51,154 nt of DNA from Octopus bimaculoides (lineage: Eukaryota): contig NC_068982.1 of assembly GCF_001194135.2 (NCBI RefSeq), forward strand, positions 19,243,626 to 19,294,779. Direction: 5' to 3'. Below, piece after piece: positions 1 to 11,835 of the stretch. The translations under genes and the position numbers were made by a program. Positions within the stretch are counted from its first letter, which is position 1, and each line of letters opens with the position of its first letter. The notes under the pieces are model-generated. The model was not told the DNA's origin. It made no database searches and saw only the letters and a list, made by a program, of their open reading frames with translations.

Positions 1-21
1 TATATATATATATATATATAT
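1..21. repeat. (TA)n microsatellite at window start
   Basis: Direct reading. The window also ends in (TA)n at 51124-51154. Confidence 0.95.
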
Positions 22-1925
22 TCTCTATTTACACTCTGCATATTTTGCGAGTGTATACATACATTGCGGGTAACTTTGCCAGGCCGTCAAGAAGCTTGCT
101 TTCCGACCCGTAGGTATCGTTGTCGAACCAATGCCGTGGTCTCTTGCACACTTATTACGATCGTTCTCTTCCTTCTTTCTTTCTTGCTTTTTCTTTCTGC
201 TTCCTGTGAATCTGCGTCTTTGGTTTGAAGTTGTCTGGATGTAAATTCTGTGGAACCTCATTTTATGGACTTTAACTCCAAATGATAGCGTTGTCCCATG
301 TATGTGTCTGAAGCTAACTTAGGATTTCGTAACGGTACAAATGATTGTTGAATACAATTCTTGTTATAGAAATCGACGTGGTAGCCATTTACATTGTACA
401 TTATGATGCATGTCTTCCTCTCCCTCTTCTCCAAGGCGCACCCACGTATCTATATGTGTGTGCGTGCTTGTATGTGTGTTTGTGTGCGTGTGTGTGCGGG
501 CGCATGTATTTTCGTACGTACACGTTATACGCTTATATAAATTAGCACAAAGAAACTACGTACATTAAATAAGAGCATGACATTTGTAAGTTAGGAAATG
601 CACGCCAATAACACTGACTACTGACATCAACCAATTGTACATACTCTTACACCATGTTCCAAGATGGCGCACGTTGCCTTGAACGTAAGCTTCACAATAT
701 ATATCTATTTATAGTAACTGTTGAATGTATATATATGTATCACTCTTATTTACCACGCTCACACACTCACAATTATACATACGCACATATCTATTTAGAT
801 GTGTGTGAGCATGCGAATAAAAGAATAAAATATGTATATGTAGTTTATATATATATATATATATATGTTTGCATAAACTAAGCTCCATTAAGTTTTCCTA
901 TTGATTTATTGATCGAAATATTGATTTTTCTCTCTGTGGTATTAGTAATATATGCAACTTGCTGGCGATAAATTCCCGAGACATTCAGCTTTTCGTATGA
1001 CACTTCAATGCTCGAAGTTTAACATAACAAACACCACGGTCGCCGCCATCACCACCGCCATGACTATCTCTTAATAACCTCCGACTACTACTATTATCCA
1101 CAATGTGAATGAAGGAGTCTCATTCAGAGTGATAGCTCAAATTTTATAGAAAGAGCAGTGAAATCTACCTCACAACATTCGAGCTCTCTTTAAAACGGGC
1201 TGATATTATAAATAAATAAGACACAATTTTTATGGCTAGAAGGCCGTTGGTGCTAATTCTCCTTGATCGAGGCTGAATTCAGACTACAAAGCAATTATCA
1301 ATATTTTTTTTCTATTTTAGGTTAAGGGCAGCAGTTGTGACAGCTTGGGGATACGATCAACCCTGTACTTGATCGGTAATTTATGTATCGATCACCAGGG
1401 TAGGGGAATAAAAAAAAAAATCGATGACTTCGGTGAAAGTATTCTGACAGATATCAACACTACGGTTTCAAACAATAGTTGCAACTATTATAACAGTTAG
1501 TCGCCGAGAGTTCCTACACGTGCTGTTTCTAACAACTAGACAGGACAGTCAATTGTACTATGCTGTCAGTAAAGAAGGTACGTTCGATAATATAACATTG
1601 ACGTATTTTCATATAGAGAATAAAAGACCATATGATCAGGCCTGGAGTGTTTTTCTTCAAGGGTTTGCTCAATAAAAGCTGAAATCGGACAAAAATAACA
1701 ACAGTGACAGTCAAAATAAATATCTACAACTAGATGCTCTCGGTCCGCTATACCCATAGTTAAGATGTGATGGTCACGGTAGATATGCATTTGAACTCAG
1801 GGATAAATATCTAACACCAGGCCCCAATACGATCAGAAATTACCCACGACCACCACCACCAACAACACCTACCCAACTGCCAAAACTACTCTCTCTCTCT
1901 CTATCTATCTATCTATAAAAACAAA

Positions 1926-1962
<37 letters not shown>

Positions 1963-2242
1963 CAATTTGATCTCATAAATTCTTCCTTTTGCCGAGGTTA
2001 CCACGGTTACTTTTCGTAGGATTTTCTTTCCACGGATAACTCTTGTCAGTGTTATATTTTCTTCCCCTTTTGGGAATACAAATCATAAAAAAAAAATAAA
2101 AACTCACCTTGTTATTTATTTGTGCCTATGTCGCCACCACGCAAAACGTCTTTTTTTCAATCCCTTTTGATCGATTTTGAAAAAGAAAATTTCTACATTG
2201 TATTGTCCCCTCTATGTTAAATCTGAGTGGCTAAATAAATAA

Positions 2243-2284
<42 letters not shown>
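2243..2284. repeat. (TATC)n microsatellite
   Basis: Direct reading. Confidence 0.95.
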
Positions 2285-2285
<1 letters not shown>

Positions 2286-2554
2286 ACTTCACTACAAGTA
2301 CCACAAACTCCATTACTACACGGCAACTGCTGTCACACATGGCTTCACTTCAACGATCACTACATGACCAATACTACCACTGCACAACTACAACCGGCAC
2401 CAACACCAAAGCAAGTACAGTCTATCACACTTCTGCTGCTCTTCCCACTCCCCTTCTCTACCTCCATTCCTCCTCACGCAACTCCTCTTCTCACTTTCCC
2501 TCCTCCTCCTCCTTCTCCTCCTCCATACGCTGCTTCTGAAACCACCACCACTAC

Positions 2555-2639
2555 AGTAGTAGTAGTGGTAGCAGCAGCAGCAGCAGCAGTAGCAGCAGTA
2601 GTTGTAGTAGTAGTGGTAGTAGTAGTAGTAGTAGTAGTA
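2555..2639. repeat. Compound (TAG)n/(CAG)n trinucleotide tract
   Basis: Direct reading. It explains the poly-Val/Ala ORF 2364-2648. Confidence 0.9.
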
Positions 2640-3343
2640 TCACTATAACCCTATCTGTTCAGTGACTGACCTACTAGAAATAACAGCAATCTTTTCAGTC
2701 AATTACACTGTCTACCTTAAAAGCAAGATCATACACTTCCGTGTCTTCCATCTATTTCATTATATATTGCCTGAGAGATACACAAAAAAATAATTACGGA
2801 AAGGTCCAAGCTGGAGCATATTGCACGCTATCTAACCATTTTTTATGCTGCCATTCACTCTTAATTTCTCTAGTTATCCATCCTGGCTTTCTTTGTACAT
2901 TCTTTCGTATCATTGTATAGGTTGCCCACCTCTCCCTCCCTCTCTTTCCCTCTGCTCTTTACTCGATATCCTTTCACTTTTACTCAGCATGACATACATA
3001 CACACACAAACGCACACAAACATACAAACAAAAAGCAAAATTTGTATACACATAGTCTCCCCTCACACAAACACAGAAACATTTAACGATGCTGGTATAC
3101 TCACACACGATCACTCTTCTACTTTAATATTTCTTTCAGTAAGACCGTCAATTCATTTATTTCATATTCTCAAGAGGGAGTTCTTGCTTTAATAATTGCT
3201 GGGATAATATCAGACTCCATTGAAGTCTGAGATTATCCCATCTCATACGGGAGACGCTAGCTGCTTGCATTTATTCCGCAAAATACACACGTGAAGTATT
3301 TCCCTCGGCTCATAATCGACGTTCCCATCTTATCTTTATATAT

Positions 3344-3714
3344 GGCTTTGTGGTAAGAAGCTTACTTCTGAGCCACATGGTTTCGGGTTCAGTCCCACTG
3401 CGTGGCACTTTTAACAAGTTCCTTCTGCTATAGCCCCCGGCCGACCAAAGCCATGTGAATGGATTTGATTGACGGAAACTGAAAGAAACCTGTTGTATGT
3501 ATATGTATATAGCTATGTGTGTGCCTGTGTTTCCCTCCCCCCACTATCACCGCTTGACAACCGGTGTTAATGTGTTTGTGTTCCCGTAACAGCGGTTCGG
3601 CAAAAGAGACCGATAGACTAAGTACTAGTCCCGGGGTTGATTTCTTTCACTAAATCCCTTAGAGACGGTGCTCCAGCGTGTCGAATGACTGAAACAAGTA
3701 AAGGAATAAAAGAA

Positions 3715-3716
<2 letters not shown>
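3344..3716 (+). mobile_element. tRNA-derived SINE, family A (working name), near full length
   Basis: Head with A-box-like GTGGTAAG and B-box-like GGGTTCAGTCCC, an internal TA/TG microsatellite, and a 3' half ending GAATGACTGAAACAAGTAAAGGAATAAAAG. It aligns by eye to 18686-19100 and to the reverse complement of 23928-24297. Confidence 0.85.
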
Positions 3717-3789
<73 letters not shown>

Positions 3790-3812
3790 GTGTTTGTGTG
3801 TGTGTGTGTGTG
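3716..3812. repeat. (TATC)n followed by (TG)n
   Basis: Direct reading. Confidence 0.95.
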
Positions 3813-3919
3813 TGCATGTATCTATATACAAAAAATATATGATATAATATAACATAATAGACACACACATACATATATATATATATGAAAAGGATGTCAG
3901 ACCTGCGTTTCAAGGATTC

Positions 3920-4115
3920 TGTCGTATATAGACTGCGTGTCGAATAAGCCCTGCGTGTGAATTTAGTGTACAAAAATCTGTGTGGAAGGCTGTCGTACAT
4001 AAATATGTATGTATGTGTTTTCCTGCGTTTCTCTCCCCGGCAGCTTAGAAGCCTCTGTTGCTTTGTTCATGTTCCTGTAACATTAACGGTCCAACAAAAG
4101 AGACGAACAGAATAA
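3920..4115 (+). mobile_element. Divergent, headless relative of SINE family A
   Basis: GTCGAATAAGCCCTGCGTGTGAATTTAG...GGAAGGCTGTCGTAC and TTCCTGTAACATTAACGGTCCAACAAAAGAGACGAACAGAATAA parallel the family A blocks GCCGACCAAAGCC...TGGATTTG...GTCGTAT and CCCGTAAC...GCGGTTCGGCAAAAGAGACCGATAG. Confidence 0.55.
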
Positions 4116-4170
4116 ATATCGCTTTTGGGAAGCGGTGTGGATTTTTAAAATTCTGTAAATAATAATAATA

Positions 4171-4575
4171 GTATTTGATAAGCTTAAAGCTTATAAGCGA
4201 TCACGGTGCAGTGACTAAAGAAAATAGCCTAATAATGGGACGGGCAAAAACAAGTAGTTTTTACGGTACACGTGGGACGCGAACCCACATTTCTTTGTTT
4301 TCGTGACAAGTGTGCTAACAATTTACATAAACGTCAGACTTAAGAGCTATAATTAGTTCGTAGTGCTGTTTTTGTCAACAAACTTCATGTGCTTTTTCTG
4401 CGATGGTTTTTGGTAAGCAGCGTCGATTTTTACTTATTTTTTAACAAATACTAACAATAGTATTTTATAAGCTTAAAGCTTATACGCGATGAACGGGCAA
4501 TGATTAAAGAAAATAGTCTAATAATGGGACATATAAGCCCTCAGCAGGAAAACAAGTAGGTTTACCCGTACAAGT
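4171..4575 (-). repeat. About 1.4 copies of a 289-bp tandem unit with a tRNA-like head on the minus strand
   Basis: GTATTT(G/T)ATAAGCTTAAAGCTTATA(A/C)GCGA at 4171 and 4460, each followed by about 100 bp of similar sequence. A perfect T-arm-like hairpin GTGGG-TTCGCGT-CCCAC lies at 4272-4288 (minus). Confidence 0.7.
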
Positions 4576-7205
4576 ATATATACTTGTATATGTCTGTGTG
4601 ACCGGATTGCTATCGTATTTGTGTTCAATATGACGAACACTCCCCTGAAGTAGTTTCTCTCAACAGCATTGTTGAAACTCATATTACCTGTTTTTCTATC
4701 TACCAGATACCAGTTTTCAAATATATTCTCTCATTCTGTCTCTCACCTGTCTAATCCCTTGCGTGTCTGTCTGTATCAGTCTGTGTCAGTCTGTCTCTCT
4801 TTTTCTCCCCTCACCTTCGTTTCTCTGTCTCTCTTTCTGTCTTTCTCTCTTCTGTTATGTCTTCCGATAATGTTCGTTTCTTACCTTCAAACTTTCTGTC
4901 TCTCGTTAATTACCACGCCCCTCTTCCCCTCGTCTTTATCATAAACTGCTATTATAACACATTCGCGCTTTCACTTTACACCAAAAAATAGATAGATAGA
5001 TAAGATAGATAGATAAGATAGATAGATAGATAGATAGATACACCACGCAAATCCACACACTCACACGCACAGTCAGACACACACACACACACACACACTC
5101 ATATCACATTTCTTGCAATTTTATGTATTTTCTCCATTCACTTTTTCTTTTACATTTTACGCGGTGTCGCTTCCTAACTTTTTTTTTACCATAAGTTTTA
5201 TTGTTCGTTATATAAATTTTACATGTTATATTGTATTTTGTGAATAATATCGTTGTTGACACCTGAAACATATGATATTCCCTTCCATTACATAAAAATA
5301 CTTTTTTGTGTGGAAAGTTATAATTTTAAGTTCCAATAAAACGAGAATATTTATTACGAGTACATTACATGATCTTTAAAACAATATAATAATAAATGAA
5401 ACTTAAGTTCACTATCTTATTTGTTTGAAATGAAACTTTTCAGTCAGGTTGTCGACGTTAACTTTACAAAAATTTTAATTTAATCAATAATACAGCTTTA
5501 CGATATATGTAAAAGACAGAAAATGGTGAAGTTATTGTGATTCGTTTTATTAAAAATGGTTTTGACTTCAGGCAATAACGAAGCATCAGTCATAATTCTC
5601 CTAGAAGGTTTTGTTTTGTTTCGTTTCGTTTATTTTTCCTGTATCGTAATACTAAATCCTCTTTCCTCCAAAATGAAGATGGACATTGTAATAATAACAT
5701 CAATAATCTCGTCAATTATGATGAATTTGTTTATTCGCTTTGGTTTCATCGCACAGCAGCATCTTGGCTTATTTTAATTTTGAATAGAGCTTTAAAAGAT
5801 TCAATTTGTATTTTAGACACTTCGTTTTTTGGTATTCCGTGTCCGCTTTAATTAAGTTCACTACGTAATTGCTGAGTAGACCACGATGGAAACCTTACTT
5901 CTTTTAGCCAGTACAACGTGGTTATTTTCTTTTGATATAATTCCAGATTGTTTTGCTGCTAATTTTTTTTCTTTGAATCAACGAGAGACATGATTACTCA
6001 TTGCATATTTAATATATTTTAATTTTTTGCCAAAAAAGTATCTATGAATTCTCCAAAGCTTATCCATCAAAGGCTAAGGGGAGCTCTTCGTTTCAGTTCA
6101 CCTTTCAAAAGAGATCCTTGGTATTTCTGTGAATCATTTTAGCCAATTTCCTTATGATGGTAAACTGACGTTAGTACAAAGCCATGACCTTACACGGTTT
6201 ATATTTTTAACCCACATTACTGTTTAAACAAACACATTCAACATTAGCTTTAATGGTGGTAATGTGGTAATATGGTAGTATGAATGAATTCAGTAGCATA
6301 TTTAAAACAGGTGAAATGTTTACAGCAACTAAATTTTCACTGGCAGTGACATAGTGCCCTGGCAACTTTCTCTGAATGTCATTATCCATCAAAAGGAAGC
6401 ACCCATTTTTCTAGCCAATCTCAACGTAGGAAAAAATCTGCACACAAAATATTATGTTTTCCATAAGTGTTTTTATTTCCATACAAATAGTTTTAAAGTT
6501 TATTTCAGATATGAATGCTACTTACTAACTGAGGTCGCTAACGACTCTCAAGACCTCGTAAATCATTCTTCGCGGACAGTATAATCTCACGTATACATAC
6601 AATAGAACTTCCCTTTCAATTACAGTGCATTCATCCACCTGTGAATGTCCTTCACTTAAATTGCTGAATAAGATTACAATATCTCTACGGAACTCATCAG
6701 TTTTGCTGCAAACATATTTCTAATTGGCATGTCGTTGACATTTTCATCGTTCTCCTTGAGAACTGTGTTGAGAAATCGTCCATAGCCGGCTTAAAGTACT
6801 AGCGTACAGAATCAGCCATTCGAGGTTTTGATAACAGTAACGAAATTTCAGAAGTTACTGTAGAAGCAGAATAATAATTACATTTTTCGAAAAGAAAAAT
6901 ATTTTAGCGTCGATATATTTTAGCATATATTTCACTGTTATTAAATATTCCAGTTCTGAATTTACTCAAAAACTTTATCGTATGCTTTAGTGAAAATGTC
7001 ACTGTTGTTTAGGTTGCATGCCAGAAAATTCATATTGTTGAAGCAGTTGTATGCTGTCAACTTAATGTGACAGTCCCTTGAAGGGAATAATACTACTGTT
7101 GGTTAGACCTAGGAAGCTGCACCGCTTCCTGTCGGCCTTGACACATTTCCTGTGTCCTTACGTTTACAAGGGTAAGACAAGCACCTCCACCCAGCTAAGC
7201 CTGCA

Positions 7206-7248
7206 TCCAGAGACATGTTTCTGAGTCTTTGTTCGTCATCAGTCTGGA
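7206..7248 (-). ncRNA. Minimal type I hammerhead ribozyme motif (GUC site), stem II decayed
   Basis: The minus strand reads TCCAGA-CTGATGA-cgaacaaagactca-GAAAC-AT-GTC-TCTGGA, giving a perfect 6-bp stem I, both core motifs and palindromic ACATGT at stem III. Confidence 0.7.
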
Positions 7249-7260
7249 GTAGCAAAGACA

Positions 7261-7303
7261 ACCACCTGATGAAGGCTGGAGGGTATATCTGCCGAAACGT
7301 TGT
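7261..7303 (+). ncRNA. Minimal type I hammerhead ribozyme motif (GUU site)
   Basis: accac-CTGATGA-a-GGC(tggagggtatatct)GCC-GAAAC-GTT-gt. Palindromic AACGTT at stem III. Stem I is only 2 bp in this copy. Confidence 0.6.
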
Positions 7304-7823
7304 ATCAACAACAATCAAGATGAGGACAAATATCCGTCAAATGTAAATAATGTAAACAATCAGTAAAACCCAAAGGTTCAGTGGACCGAGTTATTATTGC
7401 ATGCATTGAAATGAGGTTGTGTACAATCAGAAGACTGATAGATCAATGGTTACTTATCGAGAGTCGTAAATTGGCGCCGTCTGCTAACCCAGTCCGTGTT
7501 CTAAAGACTTCGAATGCCACCATTCACTCCGGGTCGTAATTTTGGCATTCTACTTGTTTTCCCATTGTCTCACTCCATAAAATCTTACTGCGAGTTTTGC
7601 ATTTTAAAAGGAAACAAGGACCTGCGCGTCCGTCTATCGCCCCAGGAAGTGAATTCGATGTACCGTCAGAATAACGCCCGTTTTCGATTTAATTGGTAAA
7701 TGTTAAGTAAAACTGAGTGCTGCGTGGGACCTTCAATGCCCCCACGGACAGCGGTAAACACAAAAGGCACGTCTATATTCCTGTGGACATCTGTCTGCCT
7801 GTCTGTCTGTCTTTCTGACCGTC

Positions 7824-7888
7824 CGTCCATCCATGCATCCATACATCCATGCATCCATGCATCCATGCATCCATGCATCCATGCATCC

Positions 7889-7938
<50 letters not shown>

Positions 7939-7947
7939 ATATCTATC
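7824..7947. repeat. Compound (TCCA/TGCA)n + (TCTA)n microsatellite
   Basis: Direct reading. Confidence 0.9.
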
Positions 7948-9786
7948 TGTATGTGTATAAATAAATTTATATATATAGGGGATAATAGATAGTAAATTGA
8001 AAAATTAATAACTAAATTAATAGATAAATAAATGAATAAATAAGTAAATAAATTAATCTAGTAGACATTCACAGGAGAGCAATACCAATAGAAAAATTAA
8101 GGAGTTACGTCCCCTATATATATANNNNNNNNNNNNNNNNNNNNNNNNNNNNNNNNNNNNNNNNNNNNNNNNNNNNNNNNNNNNNNNNNNNNNNNNNNNN
8201 NNNNNNNNNNNNNNNNNNNNNNNNNNNNNNNNNNNNNNNNNNNNNNNNNNNNNNNNNNNNNNNNNNNNNNNNNNNNNNNNNNNNNNNNNNNNNNNNNNNN
8301 NNNNNNGTAAAAGAAATTTTAATAATTTAATAATTTATTATGATCGTTATGTATGTGTTTTTTTTGTAATTTGACTGATGGTAGCCATTCCTGAAGAAGT
8401 GCCAAATGTCGAAAATCCAATGGACCAGTCACTGGATAAGTTTGGGCACAGAAATGTTGACATAGAGTGGTAAATAAATCGATCTTGGATATATCGAGTT
8501 TGAAGTTTCTATTTCTTTTAAATATACGAATTTAAAAGTTAAAAACCTTGAAATATATATATATATATATGATGACCTACGTTAACACCGAAAAATGGTA
8601 AGCCTTGTGCGAAACAGTCACATATGAATTCCATTGTTCAAATTTCCAAACTCACCCACACAAATATTCAAATTTCACCCCTGTGGGGGTGCGCCCGACA
8701 TTGGGAATCACAGCTCTGAGACTTCTATAGGCACATTGATATTTCTATCAACTGACACACATGCACAACTTCAAATTAACGCAACCATACACACAACTTC
8801 CATTTCGTCTCTATTTCCTGTTTCTTACGCCCTCATACTCACCGCCTCACGCGCACACATGCAAATATATACGGACGCACCAATACCATCAGACATGTCT
8901 TTACTCACATATACAATCACAATATAGAGTACACATATACTCACACACTTCACAGACTTACTACCCCTCTGCTTTCTTAGTACGACACACACACTGTCCT
9001 CAGTTATACTTACACACACATATATATATACATATGCGCAGGCATTCACATTAACATAGATTTAGGCTTACTATTTCACTTTTCCTCGCCCAAATTTTCA
9101 CTTTTTAGTTTAATGTAAACACATCCATTCAGTCATGTGAATGTGTTTGTAAATATAAACACATACACACTCTTCCTCTGCCTTTGTCTCTCTTTGTCCT
9201 ATTCTAGGTTTCTCTTTCATTCAAAATTTGCTCTATTTTATTATATTCTCATTAAAGCATACATTCATATTCACAAATTGTGGCATTTACATACTTACAC
9301 ACATATATATAGTGTTAATTACAGGCACATGAAATCACAGTATATCAAATTCTCACATAAAAAAGAAAAAAAAAACAAATCTTTCTCGTATTGCTTTCTT
9401 CTTTCAATCATCCCCATGTCTTCTGTATGTATGCCATGAAAAAAACTAAAAATTTTAGTCCACAGTTCATGGAGTAGCTCTTAGCAACTATTCTTTTAAA
9501 GCTATTGTGCATCACTATTTCATTTTTCAGCCGACAAGACTTGACTTCTCAGGATGCAATTTCCTCCCAAGAGAACACCAGACTTTAGTGAAGAAACCAT
9601 GCGCCCCCACACGCACATTCTCAGTACACGTGCGCACACACGCATACACGCATACATCTATTCCAGATAGGTCTTAACTAGAACATATCTGATGTTCAAT
9701 GCGATACAGGTTTACACAAATAAATATATTATATATATGTGTGTGTGTGTAGATAGACAGTTACACATACATACATACATACATAC

Positions 9787-9820
<34 letters not shown>

Positions 9821-9822
<2 letters not shown>

Positions 9823-10041
9823 TTAAAGGTTACAGGACACAGTACATGTCTTTAAGTGCTACTGACAGTTTCGCATTGTCTTATTCATTTCAGCCATGCG
9901 GCCGTGGTCATGCTGGTGTACCACCGTGATGGACCACCACTTTGGAAATATTTGAAACATATTCGCCAGGCACAAACCACATATCAATACGAACTAAAAG
10001 AGATTAGTAGCACATAAAGACATGTATTGTGTCCTTTAAAT
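9821..10041. repeat. 221-bp segment bounded by ~36-bp inverted repeats (MITE-like)
   Basis: Left arm ATTTAAAGG[ttacagg]ACACAGTACATGTCTTTAAGTGCTACT versus the reverse complement of the right arm ATTTAAAGGACACAATACATGTCTTTATGTGCTACT: 2 mismatches plus a 7-nt indel. Confidence 0.6.
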
Positions 10042-11559
10042 AAATAATATTTATCTCTGACTAGATGGAGTAAATTTTTTCTTGATCTTTCTATCAGGGA
10101 ACAGTACATTTTATACACACATACGCACACATTGATCTAATAAGAGAAATGTAGTGAGTGAATAAATGTTTTCCTGTTAGTTGACAGCTGTTTCGCAATT
10201 TATGTTAACAACGCTATATCATCTGTCACACTGTGTCATTATAAGGCAATCAGACTATACTTTAGGATATTTCATCGCAGGTTAAATCACCAGACTCTAC
10301 TATACATTGCAAATAGTTTCCTTATATAGTCACAGACAATTGATACATTGGGTAGATTTCACTCCTTATAAACACTAGAATTACCATATTTAAGGTGCAC
10401 TAAGTTAACAAGAACAGTAGAAGAATAAAATAAAGTTGAAATTGTAAAAGTAATAAGAAAATAAGTCTATCATAAAAAAATTTGGTTTCTAAAATTTTAG
10501 TCGACCGTAATATTTAAATGAATAAACAGTATGATGAAATATAGAGAATAAGATAAACAAATGGATAAACAAACAAATAAATAGAATGAAAAATACGGAG
10601 AGAAATTAAAATAAAAATAATGTTTAAAGATAATGTGTTTGTTTTGGTAGAGGTAGTTAAGCGCCTAGCAAAACAGTCTAAAAATTCGGAAGTTACGCAC
10701 GGCTGTCTTAGAAGGACAAAAATATTCTAAAACCGTTGATAACGACACCTACATTCATAAGCATCTCATATGAATATCCAAAGACACATGTGAATATTCC
10801 GTTACACATACATTCGCACACACGCACACATGCTCACTTACACCCACACGCATATTACAGACAGAACACTTATATCAAATAGTATTTTCAAATCAGTCAA
10901 TATCATTATTTGCCTTTGTGTATGGGTATGTATGTGCACGCGCGTGTGTGTATTCAGACGTTAATCATACGTATGCTTCCATCGATTCCTGTTGTATCCA
11001 GCTATCCTGCTATCAATCTGAAAAATTAGGGTATACTATATGCCACCTATGATCATTGTCTACTCTTCCGGTCGTAATATATCCAGGTCTATCCAGACTT
11101 TAAGAATATACGTGATGCGTGAATTGAACAACTTACACTTAAGACTGATGCGTAGTATCTAATATATCTCTTACCATTTAGAATCGCAGGTTTTGAAAAG
11201 ACTTCGCGACTGCTAGAGACTTCTTCATTGTATTGTTGAGATCTCTGAGATTCGACATTCTATTGCTCAACATCAATGACTAAATATATTACTGTAGTAA
11301 TATTAAAGTGAGCAGAACTGCATGAATCATCTTGCAATCGAAGGTCACACAATATTTGATCTTTAAATAGTGCATCTAGGTCAACAACTCGTTAATAACA
11401 CCCATTCAGCGTCAAAATAGTATGGTGCAATATCAGCTGTGTATGCTTATTACAAGCATATGGGAGTGTCCAACTTTAAACACAGTACACTGCTCGTATT
11501 GAATATATGAATTGAATAATATAATATCCATACATACGAATAAATGTGTCCGTGTGTGT

Positions 11560-11835
<276 letters not shown>

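Larger units (their letters stand above)
7140..7362. mobile_element. Penelope-like element terminal-repeat (pLTR-type) fragments, two orientations
   Basis: Two minimal hammerhead motifs, followed by ...AAGATGAGGACAAATATCCGTCAAATGTAAATAATGTAAA. Minimal type I hammerheads are an established hallmark of Penelope-like pLTRs. The assignment is inferred. Confidence 0.55.

Noticed and set aside
2364-2648. ORF with Pro-, Ala- and Val-runs
   Set aside because: Produced by CCT, CAG and TAG triplet tracts. No domain or splice support.
6530-6710. Minus frame ...SEGHSQVDECTVIEREV... resembling a transposase GH.Q...IE motif
   Set aside because: The match is too short and the spacing is wrong. No TIRs or further motifs.
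7620-7700. YRQNNARF as a mariner DNA(R/P)H motif
   Set aside because: A single weak motif with no surrounding transposase similarity.
8680-8716. hAT-like terminus TTGGGAATCACAG
   Set aside because: No matching left end or 8-bp TSD is visible.
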